DNA of 64,000 bases from an uncultured Acidimicrobiales bacterium (GTDB lineage Bacteria > Actinomycetota > Acidimicrobiia > Acidimicrobiales > SZUA-35), in contig CALKTH010000080.1 in NCBI GenBank assembly GCA_937997485.1, positions 6,528-70,527 on the forward strand, given 5' to 3'. The notes under the pieces are model-generated. The model ran no database searches. It was given only the letters and a program-made list of their open reading frames with translations, and had not been told where the DNA came from. Shown here one piece after another: positions 36,899-50,714 of the stretch. The translations under genes were made by a program, and so were the position numbers. Numbering within the stretch: the first letter of the stretch is position 1; each line of letters begins with the position of its first letter.

Positions 36899-39340
36899 TC
36901 ATCCGCATCCGCGAGGCCAATACTCATGGTGGGTGGCGAGTGGCGGCGGGGGCGCGGGCGTCTCAGAGATACGGGGGAGGCGGCGGAATGGCACCTCCAT
37001 GCCCTCATCGAGGAACGGTCGAAGCCAGAGCCGTCCGGCCAGTTGCGTGAGACGACGAGTAAGGCCGCGCGTCGCCGGGAAACGAAGGAGAAGCCGAAGG
37101 CCCGTCCCGAGAATCCGCGCTCGCCGCCAGCCGCGGCGCTCCGAGATGAGCAGGAGCCGGTTCACATGGCCATCGCCGAGCACGTGGAAGAAGCCAGCGG
37201 AGAGCCAACTCGTGGCGCGAGGAAATCCGTCGCTCACACCTTCGACGAGGGCTTCGGCGAGCCGCACACCGTCGAGCGAACGCTCGTGTTGCCTCGCCCG
37301 GATCTGGGCCGAGAGGCGCTCGGCGTCATCACTGTTGAGCGGGCGACGACCACCAGCCGGCACGGGCAGCGTGACGGCACGGAGGGGAAGGCCCATCACG
37401 TATCCGATACCGCACCAGAACCGGGTGTACACGTTTCGGTCCTCTTCGGAGATGTGTGCTCCCAACTCATCCATGAGTTCAAACGGAGGAACAAAGAAGC
37501 TCAGCATCGTGCCGAGAACGTCCTCGACGTTGATGGGGATTCCGAGGTCGTCTTCGTCCCATTGATCCGAGGTCATCAACTGGTCGCTCACGAGTGCATG
37601 AATCACCCGAACCCCGCGCAGCGAAGCAAACGCTGGCCCATCCGCAGCCAAGCCCTCGCTCGACCAACTCGTGGTCTGGACGAAAATGTCATTCAGGAAT
37701 TGCGCTGTCTCGCCCACGCGACGAACGGGGTTTGTCGCCAGATCCGACACCAGGCCGAGCACCCGCACCCCCTTCCGGGCCGCGTAGCCGTCTGGGAGCG
37801 ATCGGAAGAGCAAGCCCATGAAGAACAGAATCGACCACTCGTGGAAGAGCGTCCTCGCCTTCCGCACGGTCTCAGCGTCGAGCAGGCCATCGGGGCCGCA
37901 GGCCGTTGCCACGCGGTGCTCGAAATCATCCTCGAGACAGGAAAGCTCATGGGCGTGCTGATGGCGACAGGCCAGGTCTTCCATCGCAATGTTGCTGATC
38001 GGAAGGCGGCGGAACTCGTCGAGGTCCTGATCCGTGAGGAACGTACCGATCGTCGGCGGGTACGGCGGCATCGAGACGCCGACTCGCCGTTCGACCCGTT
38101 CGATACGGCGCCAGATCCGCCGACGGGGCTGGGGTCGAATCCACTCACCGCTCGAGTCGAGGAGCGTCGGACTTCGCTGCTCATTTGCGAACAACGCGAC
38201 GATGAACGCCATGCGGTCATTCAGATCCGCCCAACAAACGGCCGCTCGCCCATCGACACGCAGCGTTTGACAGAGCAGGGCGAGCACGAACGTGCTTGGC
38301 ATCTCATGGATGGATGCGGTGGGTGGCATGGTCGGCGGCAACGGCTCCACATCGATGCGGTGGGCCGACGGCGTCATCGCTGCGCCACAGTGAATCCGCC
38401 GACCGGGGAGCTCGACGCGAACGAAACGATGCGTCGCGGTTCGGATCCACCAGTTCTCGAGCGCCAGACGCCGAGGGCCGGGATCCGTGTTCCGCCAGCG
38501 GTACGAGGTGGTGCCGATCCTCCAGAACGTCGTGAGGTGCCGAATCCAGCTTCGAAAGCCAGCCGAGATCGCCGGGCCGAGCGTGATCTGTTCGTGGAGC
38601 CCAATCAATGCGTTGCCCAGCAAGATGAGCTGGGCCTTCGTCTCCGGATCGTCTTCTTCAATCGCTTCTCGGTACGCCTGGAAACCTCGAATGAGCAGAT
38701 CACGGCGCGGCCGGACCAATGGATTCTCTACGCCGTCCATCAGTAACTCGGCCAGGGTGTGCGTTTCGTCGGACGGGGCGATCGGCTGACTTGGTGGCGG
38801 GGCCAGGGACTGTTCGAGGCGGGTGCAGCACGCCTTCCATGCGTCGTCGAGATCTCCGCCCGACCGAGCGGCCGCGCCCACGGTTTCCAGGAAGTGGACG
38901 TGTGCTCGACCGACATCGGCAAAAACGTCTCGATTCCCGTCGCCGAACGCGCGAGAAATCAACCGGCCGAGTCCGGGGATCGGGAAACGCAGAAACTCGC
39001 CGATCGAGCTCGACGCCCATTGGCCGAAGGAGCACCAGGTGCCATTCTCGTGACCCAGAACCTCGGCCATTTCTTCCGCAAGATCACCGTACGCAAGCGT
39101 GATGAGCTCGTTCCGCAGCGGCGGCGCCATCGGGGTGAACGCAATCGACTCTGCCCGCTCCACGGTGACTCGTTGGCGTTCCTCATCGGGTCCAGAGCCC
39201 AGGTCCGGGTGCCACGTCGTCGCTCGCCGCGGAAGAGCCCGCCCCCGAATCGTGTCAACAAGGCTGCCGATACCCGTCTGCAGTCGATCCACCACACCCG
39301 ATGGGTTGGTGCTCGGTGTCGTGTCAACCGGTGTGTCCAT
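36899..39340 (-). CDS. Large hypothetical protein: unknown ~430-aa N-terminal domain fused to a DUF2236 (MpaB/Lcp-like oxygenase) C-terminal domain
   Basis: 813 aa, ATG 39340. The C-terminal part (LFRSLPDGYAARKGVRVL...RGVRVIHALV...YTRFWCGIGYVMGLP) resembles the MpaB/rubber-oxygenase family. I do not recognise the N-terminal part. Confidence 0.75.
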   Translation of the reverse strand: MDTPVDTTPSTNPSGVVDRLQTGIGSLVDTIRGRALPRRATTWHPDLGSGPDEERQRVTVERAESIAFTPMAPPLRNELITLAYGDLAEEMAEVLGHENGTWCSFGQWASSSIGEFLRFPIPGLGRLISRAFGDGNRDVFADVGRAHVHFLETVGAAARSGGDLDDAWKACCTRLEQSLAPPPSQPIAPSDETHTLAELLMDGVENPLVRPRRDLLIRGFQAYREAIEEDDPETKAQLILLGNALIGLHEQITLGPAISAGFRSWIRHLTTFWRIGTTSYRWRNTDPGPRRLALENWWIRTATHRFVRVELPGRRIHCGAAMTPSAHRIDVEPLPPTMPPTASIHEMPSTFVLALLCQTLRVDGRAAVCWADLNDRMAFIVALFANEQRSPTLLDSSGEWIRPQPRRRIWRRIERVERRVGVSMPPYPPTIGTFLTDQDLDEFRRLPISNIAMEDLACRHQHAHELSCLEDDFEHRVATACGPDGLLDAETVRKARTLFHEWSILFFMGLLFRSLPDGYAARKGVRVLGLVSDLATNPVRRVGETAQFLNDIFVQTTSWSSEGLAADGPAFASLRGVRVIHALVSDQLMTSDQWDEDDLGIPINVEDVLGTMLSFFVPPFELMDELGAHISEEDRNVYTRFWCGIGYVMGLPLRAVTLPVPAGGRRPLNSDDAERLSAQIRARQHERSLDGVRLAEALVEGVSDGFPRATSWLSAGFFHVLGDGHVNRLLLISERRGWRRARILGTGLRLLLRFPATRGLTRRLTQLAGRLWLRPFLDEGMEVPFRRLPRISETPAPPPPLATHHEYWPRGCG

Positions 39341-39370
39341 TGCTGGTCACCATGCCACAACCTGCCAGGT

Positions 39371-39402
39371 GCGTAACTGATGCGTTAACACATCGTTTAC
39401 GC
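39371..39402. promoter_or_regulatory. 32-bp imperfect palindrome centred on GTTAAC, candidate operator upstream of the 813-aa gene
   Basis: GCGTAACTGATGCGTTAACACATCGTTTACGC: 26 of 32 positions are self-complementary, and it looks AT-richer than its surroundings. It lies 31-62 bp upstream of ATG 39340. Confidence 0.5.
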
Positions 39403-39574
39403 CCCTCCCGTAAGGTCAGGTCCAGAAGCTCTCCCTGCTCGAAGCACAACTCGGGTGGCGGGGGAGAGCGACACCTGGAGATGTGGTCGACGTTCTGGAG
39501 GGACCGTCGGCCGCTTCTTCGTTTTCTGGCAGCCCTCGCCCGTTCCCGGGTCATCGAGCCGAGGCTGGCAGCGC

Positions 39575-40303
39575 CTACGAACTCTGGCTGAGCGTCGGCA
39601 GCAGCTTTGCCACAACGTCAGCGACGCGGTCGGCGGTATGGGCGAGATTTCGCTCGAACTGCGCTGCGGTTCCCTCCGGGGCATCCACCAAGTCGGTGAT
39701 TCCCTTCACCGCCAAGAATGGAACGCCGAGTTGTGCGGCCACACCGGCAACCGCCGCCGCTTCCATCTCTTTGGCATCCGTGCCGAGTTCGGCCATCGTC
39801 GCCAGATCGACTGGCGGCGCATCGAGTGAGTTACCGGTCGTTACGCGTCCCCAACGAGCCCCCACGTCGGAGGGATTCACGTCAACCTCGGCCACTGGAT
39901 ACGAACCGATCCCGTAGGCATCCCAGCCAGGAATACCAATGCGCCGGTCGTGATACGAGACCACATCTGCGCTGATGAACACGTCGCCCACTGCACCGCC
40001 CCGTTCGGCGAATCCGCCAGCCGTTCCGGCTGAAACGACGAGGGTCGGCCGGAAAACCTCCGTGGCGAGGAGCGTCGAGATCACTGCGGGCTGGGTCGCA
40101 ATCGCATCGAGGCCCGAGCGCTCATCGATGCCGTTGATCACCAACCCCAGTGCTGGCGTCGTCGTCGTTGGCGGGCGAGAGAAGAAGCGGGGCGGAAGCG
40201 CTCGATGCAGCGGCACAGACTGGTGCGAGATGCCGAGCTTGGTGCGGACGGCCGCCGCCTCTCGTTCCATGGCCATCACGAGCAGAATGCGGGCGTTCGG
40301 CAT
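39575..40303 (-). CDS. PNP/UDP-1 family nucleosidase (MTA/SAH nucleosidase- or futalosine hydrolase-like)
   Basis: 242 aa. Motifs ILLVMAMEREAAAV, VVSAGTAGG and EMEAAAVAGVAAQLGVPFLAVKGITDLV. It starts 13 nt after the hrpA stop. Confidence 0.75.
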   Translation of the reverse strand: MPNARILLVMAMEREAAAVRTKLGISHQSVPLHRALPPRFFSRPPTTTTPALGLVINGIDERSGLDAIATQPAVISTLLATEVFRPTLVVSAGTAGGFAERGGAVGDVFISADVVSYHDRRIGIPGWDAYGIGSYPVAEVDVNPSDVGARWGRVTTGNSLDAPPVDLATMAELGTDAKEMEAAAVAGVAAQLGVPFLAVKGITDLVDAPEGTAAQFERNLAHTADRVADVVAKLLPTLSQSS

Positions 40304-40315
40304 TGTTGCAGTCTT

Positions 40316-43932
<3,617 letters not shown>

Positions 43933-43933
<1 letters not shown>

Positions 43934-44520
43934 CAGCCTCCGACGACATCGACGCCGTGCGCCAACATTTCGTCGACCGCTCGAACGCCATCGCCCTCGT
44001 TCAGATCAACAGACCGGCAGGCTTCGAGAAGCACTCGGGTGTCGAACTCGTTCGCGATGGCATCGAGGGCCGTTGCCTTGACGCACACGTCAAGCGCCAG
44101 CCCCACAACCGTGACCTCCGTGACCTCGCTCGCCTGGAGAAGATCAACGAGTTCGGTCATCGAGGTCTCGCCCGACTCTGGGTCCCGCATCGTGAATCCG
44201 CTGTAGCCATCTTCCCCGCGGGTTCCCTTCCGAACCACGGGTCCATCCACGATGAGGTCGGGATGGAGTGCGGCGCCCCACGTGTCACGAACACAGTGCT
44301 CCGGCCACACGCCACCCGATGTCGCGAAGTGCGGCGTGACCGGCGGGTGCCAGTCCTGGGTGTAGATCACCGGCCCGTCCGCTTGCTCGATCAACGTATT
44401 GATCACTGGAACCGTGTCCTCGCCACCCGTGACGTACAGCGATCCCTTTGGGTCGGCGAAGTCGTTCTGCACATCCACCACGATGAGTGCTCGAACAGGG
44501 GTGTCCATGGTTTCGGCCAT
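43933..44520 (-). CDS. pncA: Nicotinamidase/pyrazinamidase (isochorismatase family)
   Basis: Motifs [17 protein letters not shown] and [12 protein letters not shown]. The stop overlaps the hrpA ATG (ATGA at 43933). The start is ATG 44520 or 44508. Confidence 0.85.
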
Positions 44521-44580
44521 CCGTGGAGTCTGTCGTGCCCAAATCAAATGTGCGACCGCCCGCGGTGCGGATCGTGTTCA

Positions 44581-46140
44581 ATGACAGTCGTGCCGACCTC
44601 CAGAAGCGTGACTGAGGGCATCCTCTTCACCGACCAATATCAGCTCACGATGGCTCAGGCGTATTTCCGCCAGGGCATTCATGAACGGACGGCGCTGTTC
44701 GAGCACTTCTTCCGCCGGTACCCGAACTACGGGAGCCATCAAGCCGGGTACTGCGTCGCGGCGGGTCTGGAATGGTTGCTCGACTGGATGGAGAGTGCGC
44801 ACTTCGGCGACACCGAGATCGAGGTCCTGCGGTCTCACCGAGACGGCGCCGGTCGCCCGCTCTTCGGGGAGGACTTTCTTTCGTGGCTGCGTGTCAACGG
44901 CACGTTCGAGGGCATCTCGCTGCGTGCGGTGCCGGAAGGTCGGGTGGTCCACGCGAATGCGTCGGTCGCCATGATCGAAGGACCGCTCGTGATGGCCCAA
45001 ATTCTGGAGACCTCGCTGCTGAACCACCTCAACTTCCAAACGCTGATCGCTACGAAGGCCTCCCGCCTCGTCGAGGCATCCCGAGGCCAACAAGTGTTGG
45101 AGTTCGGACTGCGGCGATCAGCTCACTTCGGTGCCAATGCGGCGGCACGGGCCGCCCTGATTGGGGGAGCACAGTTCACGTCAAACGTCGGGTTGAGTCA
45201 TGAGATGGGCATCCAGCCGAGGGGCACGCACGCCCATGCGCTCGTTCAGGCCTTCATGGCCCTGGGCGAGGGCGAGCTCGGTGCCTTTCGCGCCTACGCC
45301 GAGGCATACCCGGATGACTGCCTGCTGCTCGTCGACACGGTCGACACACTCGAGAGTGGCGTTCCCAACGCCATCACTGTCTTCGACGAGCTGCGGGCAG
45401 CTGGACACGAGCCGGTGGGTATTCGTCTCGACAGTGGCGACCTCGCGTACCTCGCCATCCAGTCCGCCCAGCAGCTCGACGCGGCGGGGTTCGGCAACAC
45501 ACGCATCGTGCTCTCCAGCGGTCTGGACGAACTCGCCGTGTTCCAAATTCTCGCCCAGATCGACCAAGAGGCCCCCCGCTACGGCATCGATCCAGATCAG
45601 TTGATCGCCCGCCTCGTGATGGGCGCCGGCTCCAAGCTCAGCGCATCCCAGGGGCAGGCCTACTTGGATGGCGTCTACAAGCTGGTGGCGCTCGAGAAGG
45701 ATGGCGTGCTGCAACCCGCGATCAAGGTCTCAGAGACCCCGGCGAAGACGGCAAATCCCGGAGACAAGGACGTGTTCCGGGTCTACGACCAGCGTGGCCG
45801 TTCCACCGCAGACGTCATGGCCCCAGCGGGGGAGGGTGTTGCCGATGACGGACTGACGCTGCGCCATCCGGTCGAAGCACACTCAATCCGCTCCCTGAGC
45901 GAAGACGAGATCTCACACATCGAACCGTTGCTCGTGCCCACACTGCGAGCGGGTAAGCGGCTCACTCAAGCTGCCGATCTCGAGGAGATGCGAGCTCGCC
46001 GGCAGGCAGACCTCGAACGGCTCGATCCGGGCGTCATGCGCCTCGTCAACCCTCACCGGTACCACGTCTCCCTCACGCCGTCGCTCTGGGACTTGAAGCA
46101 GAAGCTCGTCGGCGAGGCTCGGGAGTCTGTCCCGAGCTGA
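44581..46140 (+). CDS. pncB: Nicotinate phosphoribosyltransferase
   Basis: In-frame ATG 44581 in ORF 43957..46140. Motifs [16 protein letters not shown] and [11 protein letters not shown]. Divergent from pncA across a 60-bp spacer. Confidence 0.88.
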   Translation: MTVVPTSRSVTEGILFTDQYQLTMAQAYFRQGIHERTALFEHFFRRYPNYGSHQAGYCVAAGLEWLLDWMESAHFGDTEIEVLRSHRDGAGRPLFGEDFLSWLRVNGTFEGISLRAVPEGRVVHANASVAMIEGPLVMAQILETSLLNHLNFQTLIATKASRLVEASRGQQVLEFGLRRSAHFGANAAARAALIGGAQFTSNVGLSHEMGIQPRGTHAHALVQAFMALGEGELGAFRAYAEAYPDDCLLLVDTVDTLESGVPNAITVFDELRAAGHEPVGIRLDSGDLAYLAIQSAQQLDAAGFGNTRIVLSSGLDELAVFQILAQIDQEAPRYGIDPDQLIARLVMGAGSKLSASQGQAYLDGVYKLVALEKDGVLQPAIKVSETPAKTANPGDKDVFRVYDQRGRSTADVMAPAGEGVADDGLTLRHPVEAHSIRSLSEDEISHIEPLLVPTLRAGKRLTQAADLEEMRARRQADLERLDPGVMRLVNPHRYHVSLTPSLWDLKQKLVGEARESVPS

Positions 46141-46209
46141 CGCGCTCGCTGTGCGAGAGGACCATCCGAGATGCTTCCGCCAGCTCAGTCGCTGCGCTAC
46201 AAATCGGCG

Positions 46210-47184
46210 ATGCATATCGGATTCATTGGTCTCGGCAACGTTGGCGGCAAGCTCGCCGGAAGTCTTCTTCGGAACAACCATGAGTTGACGGTGTTGGACC
46301 TCGACGCCGGGGCGATGCAGCCCTTTGTCGACAGGGGAGCGCACGCCGGAACGACACCCCGAGCCATGGGAGCATCGTGCGACATCGTCATCACCTGTCT
46401 ACCGAGCCCTGCCGCCAGCCGGGCAGTGGTCGAGGGCGACGAGGGCATCTTCGCCGGGTTCCAGGATGCGTTGGATGCCGGAGTTCCTGCCGGATCCCGG
46501 ATCTGGTCCGAGATGAGCACCACCGACGAGGCGGAGATCAAGCGACTCGCTCCACTGGCGGAAGCGGTCGGGGCAGGAGCGGTCGACTGTCCGGTCAGCG
46601 GCGGTTGTCATCGGGCCGCCACCGGCAACATCGCGATCTTCGCCGGCTGTGAGCGACACGTCTTCGATCAGATGCTGCCCGTGCTGACCTCGATGGGGCG
46701 TCAGATTCTGCACACCGGGCCCATTGGCTCAGCGTCGGTGCTCAAGGTGGTCACCAACTATCTGGCGTCGGCAAATCTGATCTCTCTGACCGAAGCGCTC
46801 ACAACCTCGGCCGCAGCAGGCATGGACCTTCGCACGACCTACGAGGCGATCCGGATCTCGTCGGGCAACTCGTTCGTCCACGAGACCGAGAGCCAGGTGA
46901 TCCTCAATGGCAGCCGAGACATCAACTTCACGATGGATCTTGTTCTGAAGGACATGGGCCTCTTCCAGGACGTCGCTGAGCGAGCGGGAGTGCCGCTCGA
47001 GGTCGCCCCGGTGCTCCGTTCGGTGTTCGAGGACGCGGCGGAGCGATACGGAATGCGCGAGTGGTCACCGAACGTGATCCGGCGGCTCGAAGACGCGACA
47101 GGACTCGAGGTGTTGGCTCCGGGTTTCCCGGCCGAGATGACCGACGACGAACCGGAGGAACCCGGGGCCGAAGTCATCGTGTGA
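46210..47184 (+). CDS. NAD(P)-dependent oxidoreductase, 3-hydroxyisobutyrate/6-phosphogluconate dehydrogenase-like
   Basis: In-frame ATG 46210. Rossmann motif MHIGFIGLGNVGGKLA; also GAVDCPVSGG and VLKVVTNYL. Confidence 0.82.
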   Translation: MHIGFIGLGNVGGKLAGSLLRNNHELTVLDLDAGAMQPFVDRGAHAGTTPRAMGASCDIVITCLPSPAASRAVVEGDEGIFAGFQDALDAGVPAGSRIWSEMSTTDEAEIKRLAPLAEAVGAGAVDCPVSGGCHRAATGNIAIFAGCERHVFDQMLPVLTSMGRQILHTGPIGSASVLKVVTNYLASANLISLTEALTTSAAAGMDLRTTYEAIRISSGNSFVHETESQVILNGSRDINFTMDLVLKDMGLFQDVAERAGVPLEVAPVLRSVFEDAAERYGMREWSPNVIRRLEDATGLEVLAPGFPAEMTDDEPEEPGAEVIV

Positions 47185-47304
47185 TCCCATCTGGAGCGTC
47201 TGAACGGTCTCCGGGATAGGTCGATCGAACCGAATCTCCCGTTTGTTGCATTTGTGTGACGGAATAGCTCAAGTTCTCCCGGGGAACGTGCCGACAGCAA
47301 AGGC

Positions 47305-48618
47305 ATGCCGCCGGTTTCCCAGGAGTTTCGTGACGCCCAATTGCTGTTGAGTCGAGCCGGATTCGGCGGACTCCGGTCCGAGATCGAGGCTCTCGCGGCC
47401 ATGCCGTGGGCCGACGCCGTGGAATCGGTGTTGGACACCTCGACCGCTCCCGACCCCTACGAGAGTGCCCCCGACTTCGCCGCCCACAATGGCTATCAGG
47501 GGTTCATTCGCATGGTCTGGTTTTGGCTGGACCGAGCGCGGGACAGCCGAGCTCCGATCGTCGAGAAGATGGTGCTGTTCTGGCACGACCACTTCGCATG
47601 TTCGCTGGCGAAGGTCGGCCGCGTGAGCATGTACGAACAGAACCAGATCTTTCGTGGTCATGCGCTCGGAAACTTCCCGACCATCGTGCGGGAAGTCTGC
47701 TTTCACGCCGCGATGATCGAGTACCTCGACAACCAGGACAACGTGGTCGGCGAGCCGAATGAGAACCTCGCGCGAGAGCTCATGGAGCTCTTCACACTGG
47801 GCGTGGGTAACTACACCGAGGAGGACGTCCGGGAATCAGCCCGGGCCTGGACCGGACACGCCATCACCAGAAACGTGAACGACGTCGACGACTTCGTCCC
47901 CCAGCACGTCTTCAATCCCGACGACCACGACCCGAATCCAAAGACGTTCTTCAATCGCCCGGCGCAGTCGGCCCAAGACATCATCGACCTCATCTTCAGC
48001 CAGAAGGGCGACATCGTTGCCCGCTTCATGGCCGAGAAACTCTGGTCCTTCTTTGCTCATCCGGATCCCTCGCCGGCCATCGTGACCGACATCGCCGCTG
48101 CGTTCGGCGCCGCCTTCGACATCAAGAGCGCTCTCCGAGCAATCTTCCTCCACCCCGAGTTCCGCTCCGAAGCGACTCGACAGGGTCTGATCAAGAGTCC
48201 CATCGAATGGATCGTCTCCGCCATGCGCCACACGGGCATGACGGCAGAACAGACGAACCCGCAGTGGTCGCTCGGCGACATGGGCCAGCAGCCCTTCTGG
48301 CCCCCGGACGTTTCCGGCTGGAAGCAGAATGCCTACTGGGTTTCGCCCTCTGCCGTCTGGGCCAAAGCGGGCTTCGCGAGTGGCATGCGCTGGTACCTGA
48401 ACGAGAACTCCACACTCCTCACGAACATCCACGAACGAACACCGGAGGAGTCCGTCGCCGCTGCGCTCGAAGTATTCGGGATCTACGAGCCCGCTCCTTC
48501 CACGGTGCAGGCGCTCGAAGCATTCGTCCGCTCTGAGCGAGCCACAAGCCGCTGGGCCGAACGCCCCGGGCTCTTGATGTTGCCCCTGCTCACCCCCGAC
48601 TTCCAGGTGTCTGCGTGA
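47305..48618 (+). CDS. DUF1800-domain protein
   Basis: 437 aa. The signature around MVLFWHDHFACS and its pairing with a downstream DUF1501 gene are characteristic. Confidence 0.8.
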   Translation: MPPVSQEFRDAQLLLSRAGFGGLRSEIEALAAMPWADAVESVLDTSTAPDPYESAPDFAAHNGYQGFIRMVWFWLDRARDSRAPIVEKMVLFWHDHFACSLAKVGRVSMYEQNQIFRGHALGNFPTIVREVCFHAAMIEYLDNQDNVVGEPNENLARELMELFTLGVGNYTEEDVRESARAWTGHAITRNVNDVDDFVPQHVFNPDDHDPNPKTFFNRPAQSAQDIIDLIFSQKGDIVARFMAEKLWSFFAHPDPSPAIVTDIAAAFGAAFDIKSALRAIFLHPEFRSEATRQGLIKSPIEWIVSAMRHTGMTAEQTNPQWSLGDMGQQPFWPPDVSGWKQNAYWVSPSAVWAKAGFASGMRWYLNENSTLLTNIHERTPEESVAAALEVFGIYEPAPSTVQALEAFVRSERATSRWAERPGLLMLPLLTPDFQVSA

Positions 48619-50609
48619 TGTCCCTCTCCGATCCCACCACCGCTGAAATCCATCATGCGCTTTCCGAGCCCGTGTTCGGTCAGCATCAGCTGAGCCGCCG
48701 CTACTTCCTCGCCGCAGCCGCCGCTGCTGGCGGCGCGGCGATGCTGCCGGTCGCTCTCGCCGAGCAGGCAGAAGCCGCCGTGCCTCTCGGGGCCACGGAC
48801 GGCGTCCTCGTGCTCATCACGATGAAGGGCGGCAACGACGGGCTGAACACTCTCGTTCCCGTCGACAACGGCAACTACTACGACCGCCGAGGTGGCACAG
48901 CACTCGAGCAGAGCCAGGTCCGCATGGTCACCGCAAACCGGGGACTCCACCCGAATCTCGGATACCTCGAGACTCTCTGGCAATCGGGACAGGTGGCCGC
49001 CATTGAAGGCGCGGGCGATCCTGGCGGCAACCTCAGCCACTTCGCGTCCACCGCTCGGTGGATGGCAGCCAAGACCTGGAACGGCATCGAGACCTCCGGT
49101 TGGATGGGTCGCTACATCGATGGCCTCTCTGGCGGACGCGATGCCTTCCACGGCGTCGTCGTGGCCAACAGTCTCCCGCTCCTCGCACGAGGCAACGATC
49201 GCGTCGCGACTGCGGTGCCGGCCCGAGCCGGCAACATGTTCGATGTCGGCGGAGCACCGGACTGGCAGGGTCGGCAGTACGCCGCGATCGACGCTCTTGC
49301 CAGCGGATCCACCGGCAAGGGCCCGTGGGCCGATCTCGTTGCCGAGAGCGGCCGCGAGGCGCTCTCCATCGCTTCGCAGCTTGCGCCGGTGTACAGCGCC
49401 GAGACCCCGGAGGGCGACATCGAGTCTCAGCTCTTCATGGCCGCTCGCCTCATCAACGCCAACCTCGGCATCCGCATCATCAACGTTTCCTACGGAGACT
49501 TCGACAGCCACGCCAACCATCTCGGTATGCACGGCGACCGCATGGCAGAACTCGATCGGGGATTGCGCGTCTTCTATGAAACGCTCGCCAGTCAATTTGC
49601 TGACCGCACGCTCCTCCTCACGACATCCGAGTTCGGTCGCCGGCTGACGGCCAACAACGGCGGGGGAACGGACCACGGCCGCGCCTCGACCCTTCTGGCC
49701 ATCGGTCCTGGCGTCGTTGGCGGCATCTTCGGCCAGCAACCGGACTTGAGCTCGGTCCCGCCGTGGGAGAGCCCCGAGCCCGTCATCGACTTCCGACAGA
49801 TCTACGGCAACGTGCTCGATCGCTGGCTCGGCGCTGACGCCGGTCAGGTTCTCGGTCAGGACTACAGCGATCTCGGCTTCCTCCGCACACCGGGAGCTGG
49901 CGGGGGTGGCGGCGGAAGCACTGCTCCGCCGACTGTTGCCAACAAGCGGGCACAAGTCGCCCGCCTCTATCTGGCCTTCTTCGGCCGCCTGCCCGACACG
50001 GGCGGGCTCGAGCACTGGCTGGGAGCCCGGAGAGCCGGACTCGAGTTGTCCCAGATCGCCCAGGCCTTCGCCGAGTCTCCGGAGTTCCGAGAGCTAGAGG
50101 GAGAACGAAGCGACGCAGAGTTTGTGGACGTCATCTATCGCAACGTGCTCGGGCGTGCTCCGGACAGCGACGGTCGCAACTACTGGGCAGGCGAGCTCGC
50201 CAATGGCATGAGCCGCGGCGCGATGATGATCGGCTTCTCCGAATCTGACGAGTACGTCGCCAGTACGCGAGCCGCCCTTTACGAGATGGACTCCAAGGGG
50301 CCCGTGGCTCGGCTGTACCGGGCCTACTTCCGCCGAGACGCCGATGCTGGTGGTTTGGCCTTCTGGCTGGATCAGGACATGCCGCTGTCCGGCATCTCCG
50401 ACGCATTCGCTGCCTCCGACGAATTCACCGGCACGTACGGTGCCCTCTCGAACCAGCAGTTCGTCGAGCGGGTCTACGAAAACGTGCTGGGCCGAGCGCC
50501 CGAGCAGGCGGGACTCGAGTTCTGGGTTGCGCAGATCTACGCCGGCATGACCCGAGGCCAAATGATGCTCAACTTCTCGGAGAGTCCCGAGTACATCGAG
50601 TCCTTCTAG
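48618..50609 (+). CDS. DUF1501 (sulfatase/alkaline-phosphatase-like) protein with Tat signal and four C-terminal DUF4214 repeats
   Basis: ATG 48618 overlaps the upstream TGA by 1 nt (GTG 48615 also possible). Tat signal SRRYFLAAAAAAGGAAML. DUF1501 motifs KGGNDGLNTLVP, YGDFDSHANH and GGGTDHGRAS. The four repeats resemble VIYRNVLGRAPDSDGRNYWAGEL. Confidence 0.85.
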   Translation: MSLSDPTTAEIHHALSEPVFGQHQLSRRYFLAAAAAAGGAAMLPVALAEQAEAAVPLGATDGVLVLITMKGGNDGLNTLVPVDNGNYYDRRGGTALEQSQVRMVTANRGLHPNLGYLETLWQSGQVAAIEGAGDPGGNLSHFASTARWMAAKTWNGIETSGWMGRYIDGLSGGRDAFHGVVVANSLPLLARGNDRVATAVPARAGNMFDVGGAPDWQGRQYAAIDALASGSTGKGPWADLVAESGREALSIASQLAPVYSAETPEGDIESQLFMAARLINANLGIRIINVSYGDFDSHANHLGMHGDRMAELDRGLRVFYETLASQFADRTLLLTTSEFGRRLTANNGGGTDHGRASTLLAIGPGVVGGIFGQQPDLSSVPPWESPEPVIDFRQIYGNVLDRWLGADAGQVLGQDYSDLGFLRTPGAGGGGGGSTAPPTVANKRAQVARLYLAFFGRLPDTGGLEHWLGARRAGLELSQIAQAFAESPEFRELEGERSDAEFVDVIYRNVLGRAPDSDGRNYWAGELANGMSRGAMMIGFSESDEYVASTRAALYEMDSKGPVARLYRAYFRRDADAGGLAFWLDQDMPLSGISDAFAASDEFTGTYGALSNQQFVERVYENVLGRAPEQAGLEFWVAQIYAGMTRGQMMLNFSESPEYIESF

Positions 50610-50714
50610 GCGGCACCACGTCGTTCTGAACAGCGTCGAGTCGTTCTCAGGCGCCGCCCACATCGCCGCACGGCCCGACGGAGACGGCGGGATCCGCCGT
50701 GCGAGGATCAAGGC

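Noticed and set aside
36926-38746. 606-aa plus-strand ORF opposite the 813-aa gene
   Set aside because: The minus-strand frame carries the DUF2236-like motifs and a sensible start with an upstream operator. The plus frame is Arg/Pro/Glu-rich and has no motif.
48483-50015. 510-aa minus-strand ORF opposite the DUF1501 gene
   Set aside because: It is antisense to a gene with a Tat signal and conserved DUF1501 motifs, and its composition looks like an artefact.
50667-50703. 8-bp stem (cgcacggc/gccgtgcg) after the DUF1501 gene as a terminator
   Set aside because: The loop is 21 nt and there is no T-run, so it is too weak to call.
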